This document shows, piece by piece, positions 1-9,672 of a stretch of 51,286 bases of DNA (within the stretch, counting starts at the first letter, position 1; the number at the start of each line of letters is the position of its first letter). This DNA comes from a virus (taxonomy: Duplodnaviria; Caudoviricetes), in the IMG/VR virus record IMGVR_UViG_3300045919_000132, positions 1-51,286 of that record, one strand, 5' to 3'. The notes under the pieces were generated by a model, which worked only from the letters and a program-made list of their open reading frames with translations, ran no database searches and had not been told where the DNA came from. The translations under genes were made by a program, and so were the position numbers.

Positions 1-28
1 TTCTTGGGGATGGGCGGGTATAGAGGGG
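1..28. repeat. Terminal overlap with 51259..51286 (circular assembly junction)
   Basis: ttcttggggatgggcgggtatagagggg vs ttcttggggatgggggggtatagagggg: 27/28 identical. Joining the ends restores an intact 69-aa ORF and puts the two polymerase halves in order. Confidence 0.85.
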
Positions 29-56
29 GCGTGAACCCTAATTCCAATAAAGTCCA

Positions 57-1241
57 TTAATACCTCGTAATGAACACATCTTGAATCTCTCCTGCAAAGT
101 TTTGAAGGTTTGGATCAGAGCTAGACGCTCGGCCAGTCCTTGTGACTACTTGATTAAACTGTCCATGCAACATGCTAGGCTCCCAACCCTTTTCTTCAAC
201 GAGTTTGGGAAGCTTGACGTAATACTCAAGAATCTTAGTCCACTTGGCCCTCGCTTTAAGGATTTCAACAATACCGATCTTATCTTTTAACGTTGATAGA
301 ACTTCGTCGTTGGTGAAGTAGATGCGCCACTTACCTTCTTCCTGAAGCTCATAGGTTGGCTTGTCTTTAGTCTTTTTGACTTCCCATTCGTCTTGAGGTT
401 CAAACAGTCGAGGAAAATGAATCAGGTTCTCTACGGTGCGGTATTTGCGTTGCCCTGCCTTAGCGCCTGTCTTGTATATGCCAATCTGCTCCTGCTCGGT
501 GACAGGAACATAGCCACCAAACAACACAGCGGAAAGATGATCCCCGCTGTCCCAATTAACATCAATGCCTTGGTTGTAAACTCTAAGCTGCTCATGAAAA
601 TCTGCAAGCCTCGCACGAACCTCGACAGCCCTTGCGTGACATAGTTCGGTGTCAATCTTGATCCCATTGTACTCCATCTCCTCTAGAACTTTCAAATCTT
701 CGCACGACAGGCAGAACACCCGGAACATCAGGGGACTGCTCTGAAAGTCTTTCTGCTGCGCTAAGAATAACCATGTAGTTGATTCTACGTCTTGCTGTAG
801 ATACTCGGTGAGTTCGTTTCTTGGAATATCGCAGGTGTTTATTCCTTTGTCCCAGTATTCCAGCTTGATACGATCAATCTTGCGCGGCCCACCGCGTCGT
901 TCCATAGCGCCATCGAGCGACGGATAAACCCACCGCTGCCGTGAGAGAACATACTCCGCAAGCTGGCAGTCCCACAACCGCTTGGTTTGGAACACTTCGG
1001 CGAATCGATCACCCAAAACACGTATCCAATGTAAATCAAACTTAAGATTAAAACCGACAACATGGCTACACCCGACCAAATCATTGTAGAAGTCATCTTC
1101 GCTTTCTCCAGTGTAAAAATGCTTGAACCCTTCGTCTTTCCACAAACATCTCCAACCAGTAACAACTAGCCGGTTGTATTTGGAAAAGGGGGTTCCCTTC
1201 ATGTAGATAGTAGTTTCGGTGTCAAATACGAGTGCTTTCAC
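57..1241 (-). CDS. polA: Family A DNA polymerase, N-terminal part (3'-5' exonuclease + thumb)
   Basis: Exo I DTETT, Exo II GFNLKFD, Exo III YLQQD; ends with TRTGRASSSDPNLQN; lacks motifs A/B/C. Confidence 0.93.
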   Translation of the reverse strand: MKALVFDTETTIYMKGTPFSKYNRLVVTGWRCLWKDEGFKHFYTGESEDDFYNDLVGCSHVVGFNLKFDLHWIRVLGDRFAEVFQTKRLWDCQLAEYVLSRQRWVYPSLDGAMERRGGPRKIDRIKLEYWDKGINTCDIPRNELTEYLQQDVESTTWLFLAQQKDFQSSPLMFRVFCLSCEDLKVLEEMEYNGIKIDTELCHARAVEVRARLADFHEQLRVYNQGIDVNWDSGDHLSAVLFGGYVPVTEQEQIGIYKTGAKAGQRKYRTVENLIHFPRLFEPQDEWEVKKTKDKPTYELQEEGKWRIYFTNDEVLSTLKDKIGIVEILKARAKWTKILEYYVKLPKLVEEKGWEPSMLHGQFNQVVTRTGRASSSDPNLQNFAGEIQDVFITRY

Positions 1242-2501
1242 CTATTGAAGAATATCCCTATAACGAGCAATTTCAGGTTCAATCAGAATTTCGGTACGCC
1301 CATGACGAAGACGCGACACGGTATCATCGTCGCCGGAGAGTTTGTTTTTGGAAATGTTAAAGAATCGTACATCCTCAAGAGCGGGGTCATGGGTTTTCCC
1401 AATACCCAGAATCCAATCGGCTTCAGCTTGCTTTGACGTTTTCGCATTAGCTACGTTGTCCATAGTCAGCCATTTTTGTCCTTCTCCTGTTCCATCTGCT
1501 TGGCAGACTCCAATAACTGGGCAATATGCTTTTGCAAGTTCTCTAGCCCAGATATAAATGGCCCCAAGTCGTAGGTCTTCCCGATCCGAATCAAATCCTT
1601 TGACTTTATCAATCTGGTCAAAAAGGATGAGAGAAGGTTTGTACTCTCGAATAATGCGTTCAGCTTCACCTTTAAAGAGCGCAGCACGATCAACGATGCG
1701 AATTTTCGACTTTGTTCTTTCGTCAAACGCCCTAGACCATTTGGGAATATCTCCACATAAGTCACTTTGGGTAATTCCCAGACTAGCTTGATAGACACGT
1801 AGGTTTACCTTTTCACCTTGTTCTTCATTGTTGAACCACAGAATAGGGCCGTCTTCGTCCCGCAACTGCGAAGCCATGTACGTGACTTCCGATGCAAGGA
1901 ACGTAGTCTTTCCTGTCTCTGGCCTAGCAAACACAAACCCAAAGTCACCTTTGCGAAGTGACCCTAGGGACCAGTTAAGGAAATTGATGCGCCACCGTAG
2001 GCCTCGCTTGGCGACCTGTTTATCGACCAACTCTGCCAAATCGTTTGTTACGAACAACTGCTCGGAGGTTTCGGTTTCAATCGGAGTGTCAATCTCCGAG
2101 AGCAACGCAGACAGGTCCGTTAGAGGTTTGGACCCGTTCTGCACATCAAAGGCCGTCAGGCTGATCTGAGATAAGACCTGCTGACGCTTGTACGCTTTGA
2201 GTAGCTCCTGCGCGATCTCTCGATCACTTGGGTTTGAGCGCAGTGAATTGAAGATGTCGTTAAAAACGACGTATTTTTTTTCTGTAAGACCAAGGTTCTT
2301 TGATTTGAAAAAGATTTCAAAGTCATCAACAGTGAAAGATTCTTTTTCAGGAAAAGCTTCGTAAAGAAGCTTAATGAATTCTACAAGAGTAAGTAGTTCT
2401 TTGTTGTTTATTTTATAATTAATAATATACTTATAATATTTATTATATATATCTTTATATAATAATATATTAAGTATACCACATAAAACGTTATCTGTCA
2501 A
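1242..2501 (-). CDS. DnaB-like (SF4) replicative helicase
   Basis: Walker A FARPETGKTT, NNEE, ILFDQID, VCQA, QAEADWILGIG, KNK; follows primase. The TTG start is uncertain. Confidence 0.9.
   Translation of the reverse strand: MTDNVLCGILNILLYKDIYNKYYKYIINYKINNKELLTLVEFIKLLYEAFPEKESFTVDDFEIFFKSKNLGLTEKKYVVFNDIFNSLRSNPSDREIAQELLKAYKRQQVLSQISLTAFDVQNGSKPLTDLSALLSEIDTPIETETSEQLFVTNDLAELVDKQVAKRGLRWRINFLNWSLGSLRKGDFGFVFARPETGKTTFLASEVTYMASQLRDEDGPILWFNNEEQGEKVNLRVYQASLGITQSDLCGDIPKWSRAFDERTKSKIRIVDRAALFKGEAERIIREYKPSLILFDQIDKVKGFDSDREDLRLGAIYIWARELAKAYCPVIGVCQADGTGEGQKWLTMDNVANAKTSKQAEADWILGIGKTHDPALEDVRFFNISKNKLSGDDDTVSRLRHGRTEILIEPEIARYRDILQ
2473..2501 (-). promoter_or_regulatory. sigma70-like promoter overlapping the helicase start
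   Basis: TTGACA-17nt-TATACT with extended -10 TG on the minus strand. Confidence 0.7.
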
Positions 2502-2510
2502 TACCTAACC

Positions 2511-3281
2511 TCAATTATTTTCGAGTAGCATCTGTTTAATCCTAGCTGGTGGCTCTTCTTTTGGATCACAGTTCGTGTGAACTACAAGAGGTTTGAAGCC
2601 CAATTCCTTAGCCTGTGTCGCAAGCTGAGTAGACTTCCGTTGCATGTCCGGATCAAGCCAAAACACTAACTTGTCGGTCAAAATTAACAATCGTCGCATA
2701 CGTTCAGCGGACAAATCGTTCCCGAACAACGGCATCGCAGCCATGTAACGACTGCATTTGATGGCTGAAACCATATCCTCAACCAACACTATACCATTTC
2801 TTTCGTCATTTGTCAAGCCCAAAATGTGAACAATTTCGGCCACTTTGCCATAAGTGACCCATTTTGGACGTCTGGTAACGGCTGCTCCAAGCCCTTTAAA
2901 GTTGCGTGCTTGATACGCAATCAGGTTTTCGTCGTCGTAGATAGGGAACAACAACTGCTCTTCTTTCTGCGACCACTTGAGGTTGTGCTCTTCCGCTTCG
3001 GCACTGGTAATGCCGTAACTTAGGAGCCATTGTTGAGCTTTAAAACCCAAAGTATAGACGGCATCCTCGGGCATTCTGATTTTGGAGGGGAGCATCTCCT
3101 GTTTGGATACCCCTAGGACCGCTTTAGCGGCCTCTAGGACGACTTCTGTGGTTCGGCTAGGGGGTTCCCCATACCCACAGCCAAAACACCAAGCATGGCC
3201 GTCTTTCCAGCGCCCTAGATTATCCCTGCTACCACAAGAAGGGCAGGCTTCGTGACATTCAAATTCTGAACTGCTAAACAT
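2511..3281 (-). CDS. T7-like DNA primase (Zn-binding domain + TOPRIM)
   Basis: CPSCGSRDN...CFGC zinc ribbon, LLFPIYD, YQARNF, VLVED, WLDPD, DPKE. Start moved to the ATG at 3281 (upstream AAGG). Confidence 0.9.
   Translation of the reverse strand: MFSSSEFECHEACPSCGSRDNLGRWKDGHAWCFGCGYGEPPSRTTEVVLEAAKAVLGVSKQEMLPSKIRMPEDAVYTLGFKAQQWLLSYGITSAEAEEHNLKWSQKEEQLLFPIYDDENLIAYQARNFKGLGAAVTRRPKWVTYGKVAEIVHILGLTNDERNGIVLVEDMVSAIKCSRYMAAMPLFGNDLSAERMRRLLILTDKLVFWLDPDMQRKSTQLATQAKELGFKPLVVHTNCDPKEEPPARIKQMLLENN
2788..2816 (-). promoter_or_regulatory. sigma70-like promoter internal to primase
   Basis: TTGACA-17nt-TATAGT with extended -10 TG. Confidence 0.65.
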
Positions 3282-3459
3282 TTTCCTTCTTTCCACCGCG
3301 TTGAAGACAAACAGAAACGGCTTTTGTAGCCACTGTTGAAAAATGCGTACACCAATTTGCAAACTCACTCTGTCGTAACGCTGGAGTGTGATGGTTTCTA
3401 GTGTTTCCAGACCAAAACACACAGTTTTTACAATGTTTGGGTTGTTTTTGTCGGGGCAT
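3274..3459 (-). CDS. Small Cys-rich hypothetical protein
   Basis: 61-aa ORF with CKNC plus further Cys; AAGG upstream; overlaps the primase start. Confidence 0.6.
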   Translation of the reverse strand: MPRQKQPKHCKNCVFWSGNTRNHHTPALRQSEFANWCTHFSTVATKAVSVCLQRGGKKENV

Positions 3460-3484
3460 TATCTTTTAACCTTGTTATAAGTTA
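3460..3484. repeat. Palindrome B (TAACTTWTAAC-N3-GTTAWAAGTTA-like)
   Basis: tatcttttaac-ctt-gttataagtta; related full site at 15221..15245. Confidence 0.6.
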
Positions 3485-3485
3485 A

Positions 3486-3504
3486 TTATAGATGGTATCT
3501 ATAA
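3486..3504. repeat. Palindrome A copy
   Basis: ttatagatggtatctataa. Confidence 0.9.
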
Positions 3505-3520
3505 GTATCGGGACCACATG

Positions 3521-3871
3521 TCATAATGCCATATGCTCCGAGATAGGTGCATCATAAATGATGTAAACCTGATTTTCTGTCAAATCCTCCTCAACCTTGG
3601 GAGGAACTACAGCAGGGGGTTTGGGTTCAACCTTGGGTTTCTGTGGACGCAACAACGCTGCCTGTTGTCGTTCTTGTTTACGTACCATACGGCGCTCCTG
3701 CCGAGTCTGTGCTTGCTTGACAACAACAAGACGCTTTGGCCCCTCATCTTTATCAAACCCAAAAGAACAAGCAGCTTTCTTGCAGTTAGCCAAAGCAAAA
3801 TTACGTATGTAAGTCTCAGTCCCGCCCGTAAACTTGAATTTGCATTGCTTGCAAGTAAGTTTAATAGTCAT
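3521..3871 (-). CDS. Hypothetical protein with N-terminal Cys motifs
   Basis: MTIKLTCKQC...CKKAAC; GGAGG RBS before the ATG at 3871. Confidence 0.65.
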   Translation of the reverse strand: MTIKLTCKQCKFKFTGGTETYIRNFALANCKKAACSFGFDKDEGPKRLVVVKQAQTRQERRMVRKQERQQAALLRPQKPKVEPKPPAVVPPKVEEDLTENQVYIIYDAPISEHMAL

Positions 3872-4046
3872 CGAAGTCCACCTCCGAAAAATCATCAAGA
3901 GCAGTAATATCATCATCAGTAGGAAGAAGATCATCTTTTATTTCTTCGGAGCATCCGCCACAAAGTTCGAGGGGAACCTTAGTTCCATGATAGTTGCGGG
4001 ATTCCTCAAAGGGTGTGAGGATGACTTGACAAGCAAGGCATCGCAT
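3861..4046 (-). CDS. Small zinc-finger phage protein
   Basis: MRCLAC...LCGGC with acidic tail; coupled to the upstream stop (TAATG). Confidence 0.7.
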   Translation of the reverse strand: MRCLACQVILTPFEESRNYHGTKVPLELCGGCSEEIKDDLLPTDDDITALDDFSEVDFDDY

Positions 4047-4630
4047 TATGCCGGACCTCGGACAAGTCCGGGCCTGCGGCGAGGCGGTGCCGTAGCCAAA
4101 CGATTTGCATCCTGCATCTGTCGCAATGCCTCTATAGGATCATAATTCAATCCCTGTGCTTGATTGTTATTTGGCCGACCCACGACACCCTCCACTCGAA
4201 CCGCATTAGCAAGGCCCTGAAGAGGCTGCCGAATAACAGGTTGCTCAAGCCAATCAAAGTCAGCGGGGTTGATCCGGGGCGCATCCACTGCCACTTTAAC
4301 TGCGGGTTTCTTCTTGGTAGCTTTCTCCTCCTGTTCTTTATCCCAATCTTCCTTGCTCAAAGGCTGCAAACGAAATACTTCAATGTTCACGGCAAGTTTC
4401 TCGGGAAATGCTTCCAAATCCTTGTTGAACATGCGGAACACACCGCTGTGCTGTGATTTGAGCGACACCAGCTTGCGGCTGCTCTCAACCACACAGATGA
4501 TGTTTCCGGGAACAACATAGTCCTGAAGTTGGATCGGAAAATAGACTTGAACGGGTTGTCCTAAATCCGTAAAAAACTGAGGATCGAGACGGAAGGATAG
4601 GACTTTATCCTGTTCAACGGCGACTAGCAT
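4046..4630 (-). CDS. Hypothetical protein
   Basis: 194-aa ORF tightly packed in the operon. Confidence 0.65.
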   Translation of the reverse strand: MLVAVEQDKVLSFRLDPQFFTDLGQPVQVYFPIQLQDYVVPGNIICVVESSRKLVSLKSQHSGVFRMFNKDLEAFPEKLAVNIEVFRLQPLSKEDWDKEQEEKATKKKPAVKVAVDAPRINPADFDWLEQPVIRQPLQGLANAVRVEGVVGRPNNNQAQGLNYDPIEALRQMQDANRLATAPPRRRPGLVRGPA

Positions 4631-5411
4631 TCATTTCTCCCATGAGGTTGACAACTGCATTGGCGTAATTGTTTACCGTTTGGCCCGACAAGCCGGGAGC
4701 GGTGTTGACTTCGAGGACGTAGCACTTGTTTTCTTTTTCGTTGTAGATAACGTCAACGGCTCCGAAGTGGAGTCCAAGTGCCTGTACGGCGGAAACAGCA
4801 AGTTCGTCCAAGCCTGTCGGTTTCTGGATATTCTCTCGGCAAAAAACCCATCCGTTCTGATAGGATCGAACTTGGTAGTTGACTTGATCATTTGGGACCT
4901 CCTGACGTTTCTTTTTCTGTTGACAATCGATTACTTTTCTACCAAAGACATGGACTCGATACTCGTGCTTTTTTGGGATATATTTCGTATACAATGGTGC
5001 ATTTGTAAACTGCTCTCCCGAACACCTGACAATTCCGCGACCAGAGTGCCCGTTAAGCGTTGTGCGCGCAAAAATAGCTCTTTCCGCTGCCCATTGTCGG
5101 GCAACTCCCATATCGGTAGTGAATTCTGGGCACGGTACACCTCTCTCAGCAAATCGATTAAACGTTGCGAGTTTATTAGAAGCAATCGCAACCGCTGCTC
5201 GGGAGTTGACAAGATTGGGGGTGCTGAGTCCCGTTGATGCACTTGATCCCCAATTGATATAAAGCCGGGAGTTTTTGACACGATGCGTCTTCGATTGGTT
5301 ATCGACCTGAAAAACTTTGGATTTGAGTAGTTCAGTTAAGCGTGCTGCTAGAAGGCGCGAGGATGCGCTCCCCATCTTGTACGGCATCAATACGGGTTTC
5401 TTGAGTTTCAT
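4614..5411 (-). CDS. ATP-grasp peptide ligase (RimK/phiEco32-like)
   Basis: NKLATF, GHSGRGI, EYRVHV, FGAVDVI, VLEVNTAPG. Confidence 0.9.
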   Translation of the reverse strand: MKLKKPVLMPYKMGSASSRLLAARLTELLKSKVFQVDNQSKTHRVKNSRLYINWGSSASTGLSTPNLVNSRAAVAIASNKLATFNRFAERGVPCPEFTTDMGVARQWAAERAIFARTTLNGHSGRGIVRCSGEQFTNAPLYTKYIPKKHEYRVHVFGRKVIDCQQKKKRQEVPNDQVNYQVRSYQNGWVFCRENIQKPTGLDELAVSAVQALGLHFGAVDVIYNEKENKCYVLEVNTAPGLSGQTVNNYANAVVNLMGEMNASRR

Positions 5412-6801
5412 CTTTCTTCTCCGCTCTGTTGAAACGCTTCATAACACAATTAGCGCAAAACACACGCCCGATACCTTTGGTAGTACTCAATTCCACAGAT
5501 GTGAACTGCTGCTCCGCATCTTGAATCAATGCGGCACAATCGTTGCATTTGTGGTGACTTGCAACACGTTTCCAAATGGTTTGTGGAACCCGACGCCTAT
5601 TCCACAACTCAACCATCGTAGGCCCAACAACATCCTTGAGGCGTATCCACGGGCCGTTTACGGTTACCCCGGAAGATACAACTGTTCCGGACAACCAGTT
5701 GTCGCCGTTGCTGTCTTTTTCGGTTGAATCTGCAATGTCTGCTACCTCGCCCGTCCAATCGGCATCTCCGGTAATGTCAATTTGAACTCCCTCAAAAACA
5801 ACATTGCCTGTGGTGGCAACAAAAGGCTGGTTGGTGGCTGTGTTTAAAATACGCTGAAGGCGCGTTACTTTGAACTCAAGTTCTTTGCCAACAGCATATG
5901 GTGCAATGGCTCGTGTCCAAACTTGTCGAATGTCGGAAGTAGGTTCATTAGTTGCCCGCGTCTCTAGCGCCGGAGCAACGACCGCCTTGTCCTTGTCCGT
6001 AGACAAATTAGAGGGGCGGTCAACAAAAGGGTAACCATCTCCACACTCGGATTCACACATACCCGCATAGTTGTGTTGAACCGTAGTGCCCCACGCCTTG
6101 GGCCTGTACTCGGTGGCAGTAAATTCCTCGCCGGTTTGAAATTCCAACATTACGTGGGGATCGAGAGGAGAAGCTTTGCCGATCTTGATGGCACTGTGTC
6201 CGCGACGGGCAGGCCCGGCGGCACCCGCAAGCATCCACGGTTCGGATGCCACCATCCAAAGACGTTCCGTTTCAGCAATCCAGAGAGGACGTTCCGGGTT
6301 ACGTGCAATCCGCAACGTCTTGTCGCGCTTGTCGTACCACACAAGAGCATAGGCACCGACGATGCTTTCCAGCACTTCTTTGGCAGGCTTGTTGTTCAAT
6401 CCACGGGCGAGGGCTTGACTATCGACCGCCGCCTTCTGATCAAACATCTGGGCGTTTCCGATGTATCCATTGTGAATCAGAATAATGTTGTCTTCAAGAA
6501 ACGGATGGGAATTGGCCGATGAAATCTGCCCAACAGTTGCCTTGCGGTTATGCCCAAAAACCATGTTGAATGACCGAGTGATCTTGCTCTTGAATTTGTC
6601 GTACTCCATCAACTCGACAAAGTTGGAAGCATTGGTGCCTTGTTTGGTCAGATACGCCTGCTTGTTCTGATAGACACCAAAACATCCTGTGCCGTCCAAT
6701 CCACGGACTTGGTTCATGAGAAGCATGTCCGTAAATATGTCTGCTTCCGGCGCATAAAAACCGGAAGATTTCTTTGCGATCAAACCAACGATGCCACACA
6801 T
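5332..6801 (-). CDS. Class II (Ntn) glutamine amidotransferase with a long C-terminal extension
   Basis: MCGIVG, RGLDGTG, GHNRKAT, HPF, HNG, DSQ; C-terminal CNDC...CANC. Confidence 0.92.
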   Translation of the reverse strand: MCGIVGLIAKKSSGFYAPEADIFTDMLLMNQVRGLDGTGCFGVYQNKQAYLTKQGTNASNFVELMEYDKFKSKITRSFNMVFGHNRKATVGQISSANSHPFLEDNIILIHNGYIGNAQMFDQKAAVDSQALARGLNNKPAKEVLESIVGAYALVWYDKRDKTLRIARNPERPLWIAETERLWMVASEPWMLAGAAGPARRGHSAIKIGKASPLDPHVMLEFQTGEEFTATEYRPKAWGTTVQHNYAGMCESECGDGYPFVDRPSNLSTDKDKAVVAPALETRATNEPTSDIRQVWTRAIAPYAVGKELEFKVTRLQRILNTATNQPFVATTGNVVFEGVQIDITGDADWTGEVADIADSTEKDSNGDNWLSGTVVSSGVTVNGPWIRLKDVVGPTMVELWNRRRVPQTIWKRVASHHKCNDCAALIQDAEQQFTSVELSTTKGIGRVFCANCVMKRFNRAEKKDETQETRIDAVQDGERILAPSSSTLN

Positions 6802-6805
6802 AACT

Positions 6806-7702
6806 TTATTGCTTCCTCTTCAGAAAAACGTTGAACGGAGATTCCGTTGAAACACCGGAAAGAAGTTGATTTGTTACTGCCTTCCCGTGGAGAGCCGAGA
6901 ACACAGAATCAATTCCTTTTCGACACAGTTTGAAAATTTCTTTGTGGGCAATTACCTGCATAACATCAGAAGAAAACACATTCTCAAGAAATGCACGGGG
7001 GCCTGTGGACTCAAGAGTTTTATAGACAGTATCTATAGTTGTGCGGCGGGCAAACAGAAGTAGGTCATTGATGATCCGGAGCCACATAAAAACCTTCTCT
7101 TTGTCTCGGCACCCCGGCATGTGTCGGAATTCAACCGTTCCAAGATCAACCAACCGTGTAAGATTCAGCGCACTATATTTCTCCCATGAGCCAACAGCAC
7201 GATGCTGACTAGTGATCAGGTTTCCAATCAAAGTATCGGGATACGTCGTCTCCACAACCGGAACACAAAAGATACTACCTGCCCGGTCAGAGGAGGCGTA
7301 GTCAAATAAAATGCGTTCGACAACACAATAAGTTAACAGCAGAGTTTGTAACTGCTCCCATGAAAAATCGCGCACATTCACATGCACATGGATGGAAGTA
7401 CGCTGCGAAAATGACCAATCCGCAGGAAGCCCGTTCCACATCAAGTCCACAGCTTCGACGATAGCTCCACCGGAGCAGGGTACAGACACATACTCAACGC
7501 CGCCATTTCGAAGACTGCCATCAGTGTGGGAGTTCCACAACGTCCCAAACATCTCGTGCTTGAAGCTACCGTGACGGCTCCTCGCATTCTCAACTTCTAA
7601 CTCGATCCCGCAAACAAAATTGGGATCAAAGGGAGATTCTTTCTTGGACTGCACAACGTCCAATCGATTGGGCCATTGGTACGTCTTAGCGAGGGGCGTC
7701 AT
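6806..7702 (-). CDS. Putative amidoligase (COOH-NH2 ligase superfamily)
   Basis: GIELEVE, TDGSLR..GVEYVS, SIHVHVN, KYSALN, GTVEFRH; start set at ATG 7702. Confidence 0.88.
   Translation of the reverse strand: MTPLAKTYQWPNRLDVVQSKKESPFDPNFVCGIELEVENARSRHGSFKHEMFGTLWNSHTDGSLRNGGVEYVSVPCSGGAIVEAVDLMWNGLPADWSFSQRTSIHVHVNVRDFSWEQLQTLLLTYCVVERILFDYASSDRAGSIFCVPVVETTYPDTLIGNLITSQHRAVGSWEKYSALNLTRLVDLGTVEFRHMPGCRDKEKVFMWLRIINDLLLFARRTTIDTVYKTLESTGPRAFLENVFSSDVMQVIAHKEIFKLCRKGIDSVFSALHGKAVTNQLLSGVSTESPFNVFLKRKQ
7021..7037. repeat. Palindrome A copy inside the amidoligase CDS
   Basis: tatagacagtatctata. Confidence 0.85.
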
Positions 7703-8300
7703 ATACTTTCCTTTGAAATACAGGGTGAAGGGGCGTCCTAACCAACGTATCCTCGCTGACCGTCGCGATGGGAGTTTGATGGTGGAACAAAAGAAAATCC
7801 TTAGCTTTGGTAATGCTAAGTCCCACCATAAACTCCGAAGAGATTCCCACACAGTAGCTAGTCCCGTCCTTGAGCATTTGAATAGCCGTTGCAAAGTCTG
7901 GGTATGTGGGCCGGAACATGCTGTCTGCCATCCACAATTCCATGGATGGCATCAGAATCAACCGATTGGTCGTGTAGAAATTCCCACGAGTGGAAGTGCT
8001 GGCACACAAGGCCCGTTTATTTTGACGAATCGGTCGCCGAAAAAAGGAATAGCCGATGTTGTTAAAGTTGAATACCCCAGTTGCAGGAAACTCAAAATTA
8101 ATCTCGCCCTCACCGCCATAACGGACAATCTGCGTTCCCGCCAGTCCCTGCAAAGCAAACGTAGGGGCCGCATTTTCTCCGGGATAGATTGCCGCCAACG
8201 AAACAGTTTCAAACTCCTTGTTCGAGGTGGGTTTGTAGCGAATGTAAGTGTGGAGATAGCGAAGAACAAGGTCTTCGTATAACCGGCCAAAATCAATCAT
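7686..8300 (-). CDS. Hypothetical protein of the ligase cluster
   Basis: 204-aa ORF overlapping both neighbours (ATGA coupling at its start). Confidence 0.7.
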   Translation of the reverse strand: MIDFGRLYEDLVLRYLHTYIRYKPTSNKEFETVSLAAIYPGENAAPTFALQGLAGTQIVRYGGEGEINFEFPATGVFNFNNIGYSFFRRPIRQNKRALCASTSTRGNFYTTNRLILMPSMELWMADSMFRPTYPDFATAIQMLKDGTSYCVGISSEFMVGLSITKAKDFLLFHHQTPIATVSEDTLVRTPLHPVFQRKVYDAPR

Positions 8301-9094
8301 GCAAGACCCTGTTCAGCAAACGCACGAATCTCCGGCAAATAACGCTTGTCGGAATTGTTGATGGTGTGAACGATCTTGTAGGAAATGTTGTCACCTGCCA
8401 AACCATTCACATCCGGGAGCGTGGCTTTGCCTTTCTCGACAAAGGTAAGGGCTTTCTCTGTCTGCCGATACGCCCACTCCATCAGTTCCCTCGACTTGAT
8501 CCACGCATTACTCGCGGTGCGATACTCGATGCCATAAGGCTTGCGGCGGAACGCCCCTGCCTTGCCATAGAGTTTGCGTCGCTCGGTGTCTTCGTCAAAC
8601 TCCAACATCTCGCAGCCAACGAACACATCCATTGCACGGACAACTTGCTCAAAGTTGTACTTCTTCCAATCAAAGCCAACATGGATGTGACCACCTGCAC
8701 TGCGAAGATTGGCTGCTACATTGGTCGGCCTCGGATTCTGTTGACGAGTCCACGCATTGAAGTCCGGGTCACACCCAAACACACGGGATTCCGGGGTTTC
8801 AAGTTGCTCCCACGGAAACATGCCGGAAGGCTCGATAGCCAAGACCAAACCCAACTTTTCAGCCTCGGATTTCAAGTAGTCCATATTGTAGTCCAGCTTG
8901 GCAACAAACGACTCGATGCTGTCGCAGGGTGGAATGTTGAACTCGACAGCTACGTTGTCCTCTTGGACAGCACATCCCTCACCGATAGGTTTGGGTGCTT
9001 CCTTGGTTCCTCCGATCAATCCGATGGAAGAAACAAATTCGCCTGCTGCATTACGCAAAAACAATTCCGGATCAGCACCAATAGTGAAGTTCAT
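8297..9094 (-). CDS. phiEco32-like COOH.NH2 ligase type 2
   Basis: TIGADPELFL, QEDNVAVEFN, GCDPDFNAW, RSAGGHIHVG, RRKLYGKAGAFR, YGIEYRT. Confidence 0.93.
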   Translation of the reverse strand: MNFTIGADPELFLRNAAGEFVSSIGLIGGTKEAPKPIGEGCAVQEDNVAVEFNIPPCDSIESFVAKLDYNMDYLKSEAEKLGLVLAIEPSGMFPWEQLETPESRVFGCDPDFNAWTRQQNPRPTNVAANLRSAGGHIHVGFDWKKYNFEQVVRAMDVFVGCEMLEFDEDTERRKLYGKAGAFRRKPYGIEYRTASNAWIKSRELMEWAYRQTEKALTFVEKGKATLPDVNGLAGDNISYKIVHTINNSDKRYLPEIRAFAEQGLA

Positions 9095-9672
9095 TTGCAG
9101 AGTCCTTGATAGTTGGATTTACGGCCTTGAAGTGCATACAAATCGAGAACAAACAGAGTGGTCCGCTCATCATCGCCGGGGCGGCTAGAATAGTTCGGAT
9201 TGTAAAACTCACAGGCAATTTCATGCGGAATGGTCTTGATCCACTCTCGCATGGCTACTGACTGTGGGGCTGTTTGAAAAAAGGCGGGAGTTCCGATAAA
9301 TCGCATCGGGAAAACGTGTTTGATAATCAGGTTGAGAACATCCATCCACGCGGTAAATGTAAACGGAAGCGGCTTTTTCGGGGCAAGGAGAGAATTCCTC
9401 AGAACCTCACAAAAATCCCCCATTCCGTTAATAGAAATGGAACTGCACCCATTGAACGAGGTGCTCGTTAAATGCAACTTAAGGGTTTCCCCGTAATAAT
9501 TCTCCCCCCAAGGCAATTCGATCATGTTGGGTGTCGACACCATCTGCACGAGATTGGTTCCACTCACCGGATGAAACCTATTCAACCACTCTCCAAACGT
9601 CGGCAGTTCCGGGGCAGGTTTGACGGAATCAGGGGCTTTGAGAGTTTTAGTGGCGGCTTTAGCAATACTCAT
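9091..9672 (-). CDS. Hypothetical protein
   Basis: 193-aa ORF with AGGAG RBS, coupled to neighbours. Confidence 0.7.
   Translation of the reverse strand: MSIAKAATKTLKAPDSVKPAPELPTFGEWLNRFHPVSGTNLVQMVSTPNMIELPWGENYYGETLKLHLTSTSFNGCSSISINGMGDFCEVLRNSLLAPKKPLPFTFTAWMDVLNLIIKHVFPMRFIGTPAFFQTAPQSVAMREWIKTIPHEIACEFYNPNYSSRPGDDERTTLFVLDLYALQGRKSNYQGLCK

Noticed and set aside
1-28. Biological direct terminal repeat
   Set aside because: It falls mid-gene within the replication module, so an assembly overlap is the better explanation.
8189-9109. Long antisense ORFs (also 9620..10342, 26132..27172, 39267..40292, 17047..17662)
   Set aside because: They are shadows of well-supported genes on the opposite strand, with no motifs or RBS.
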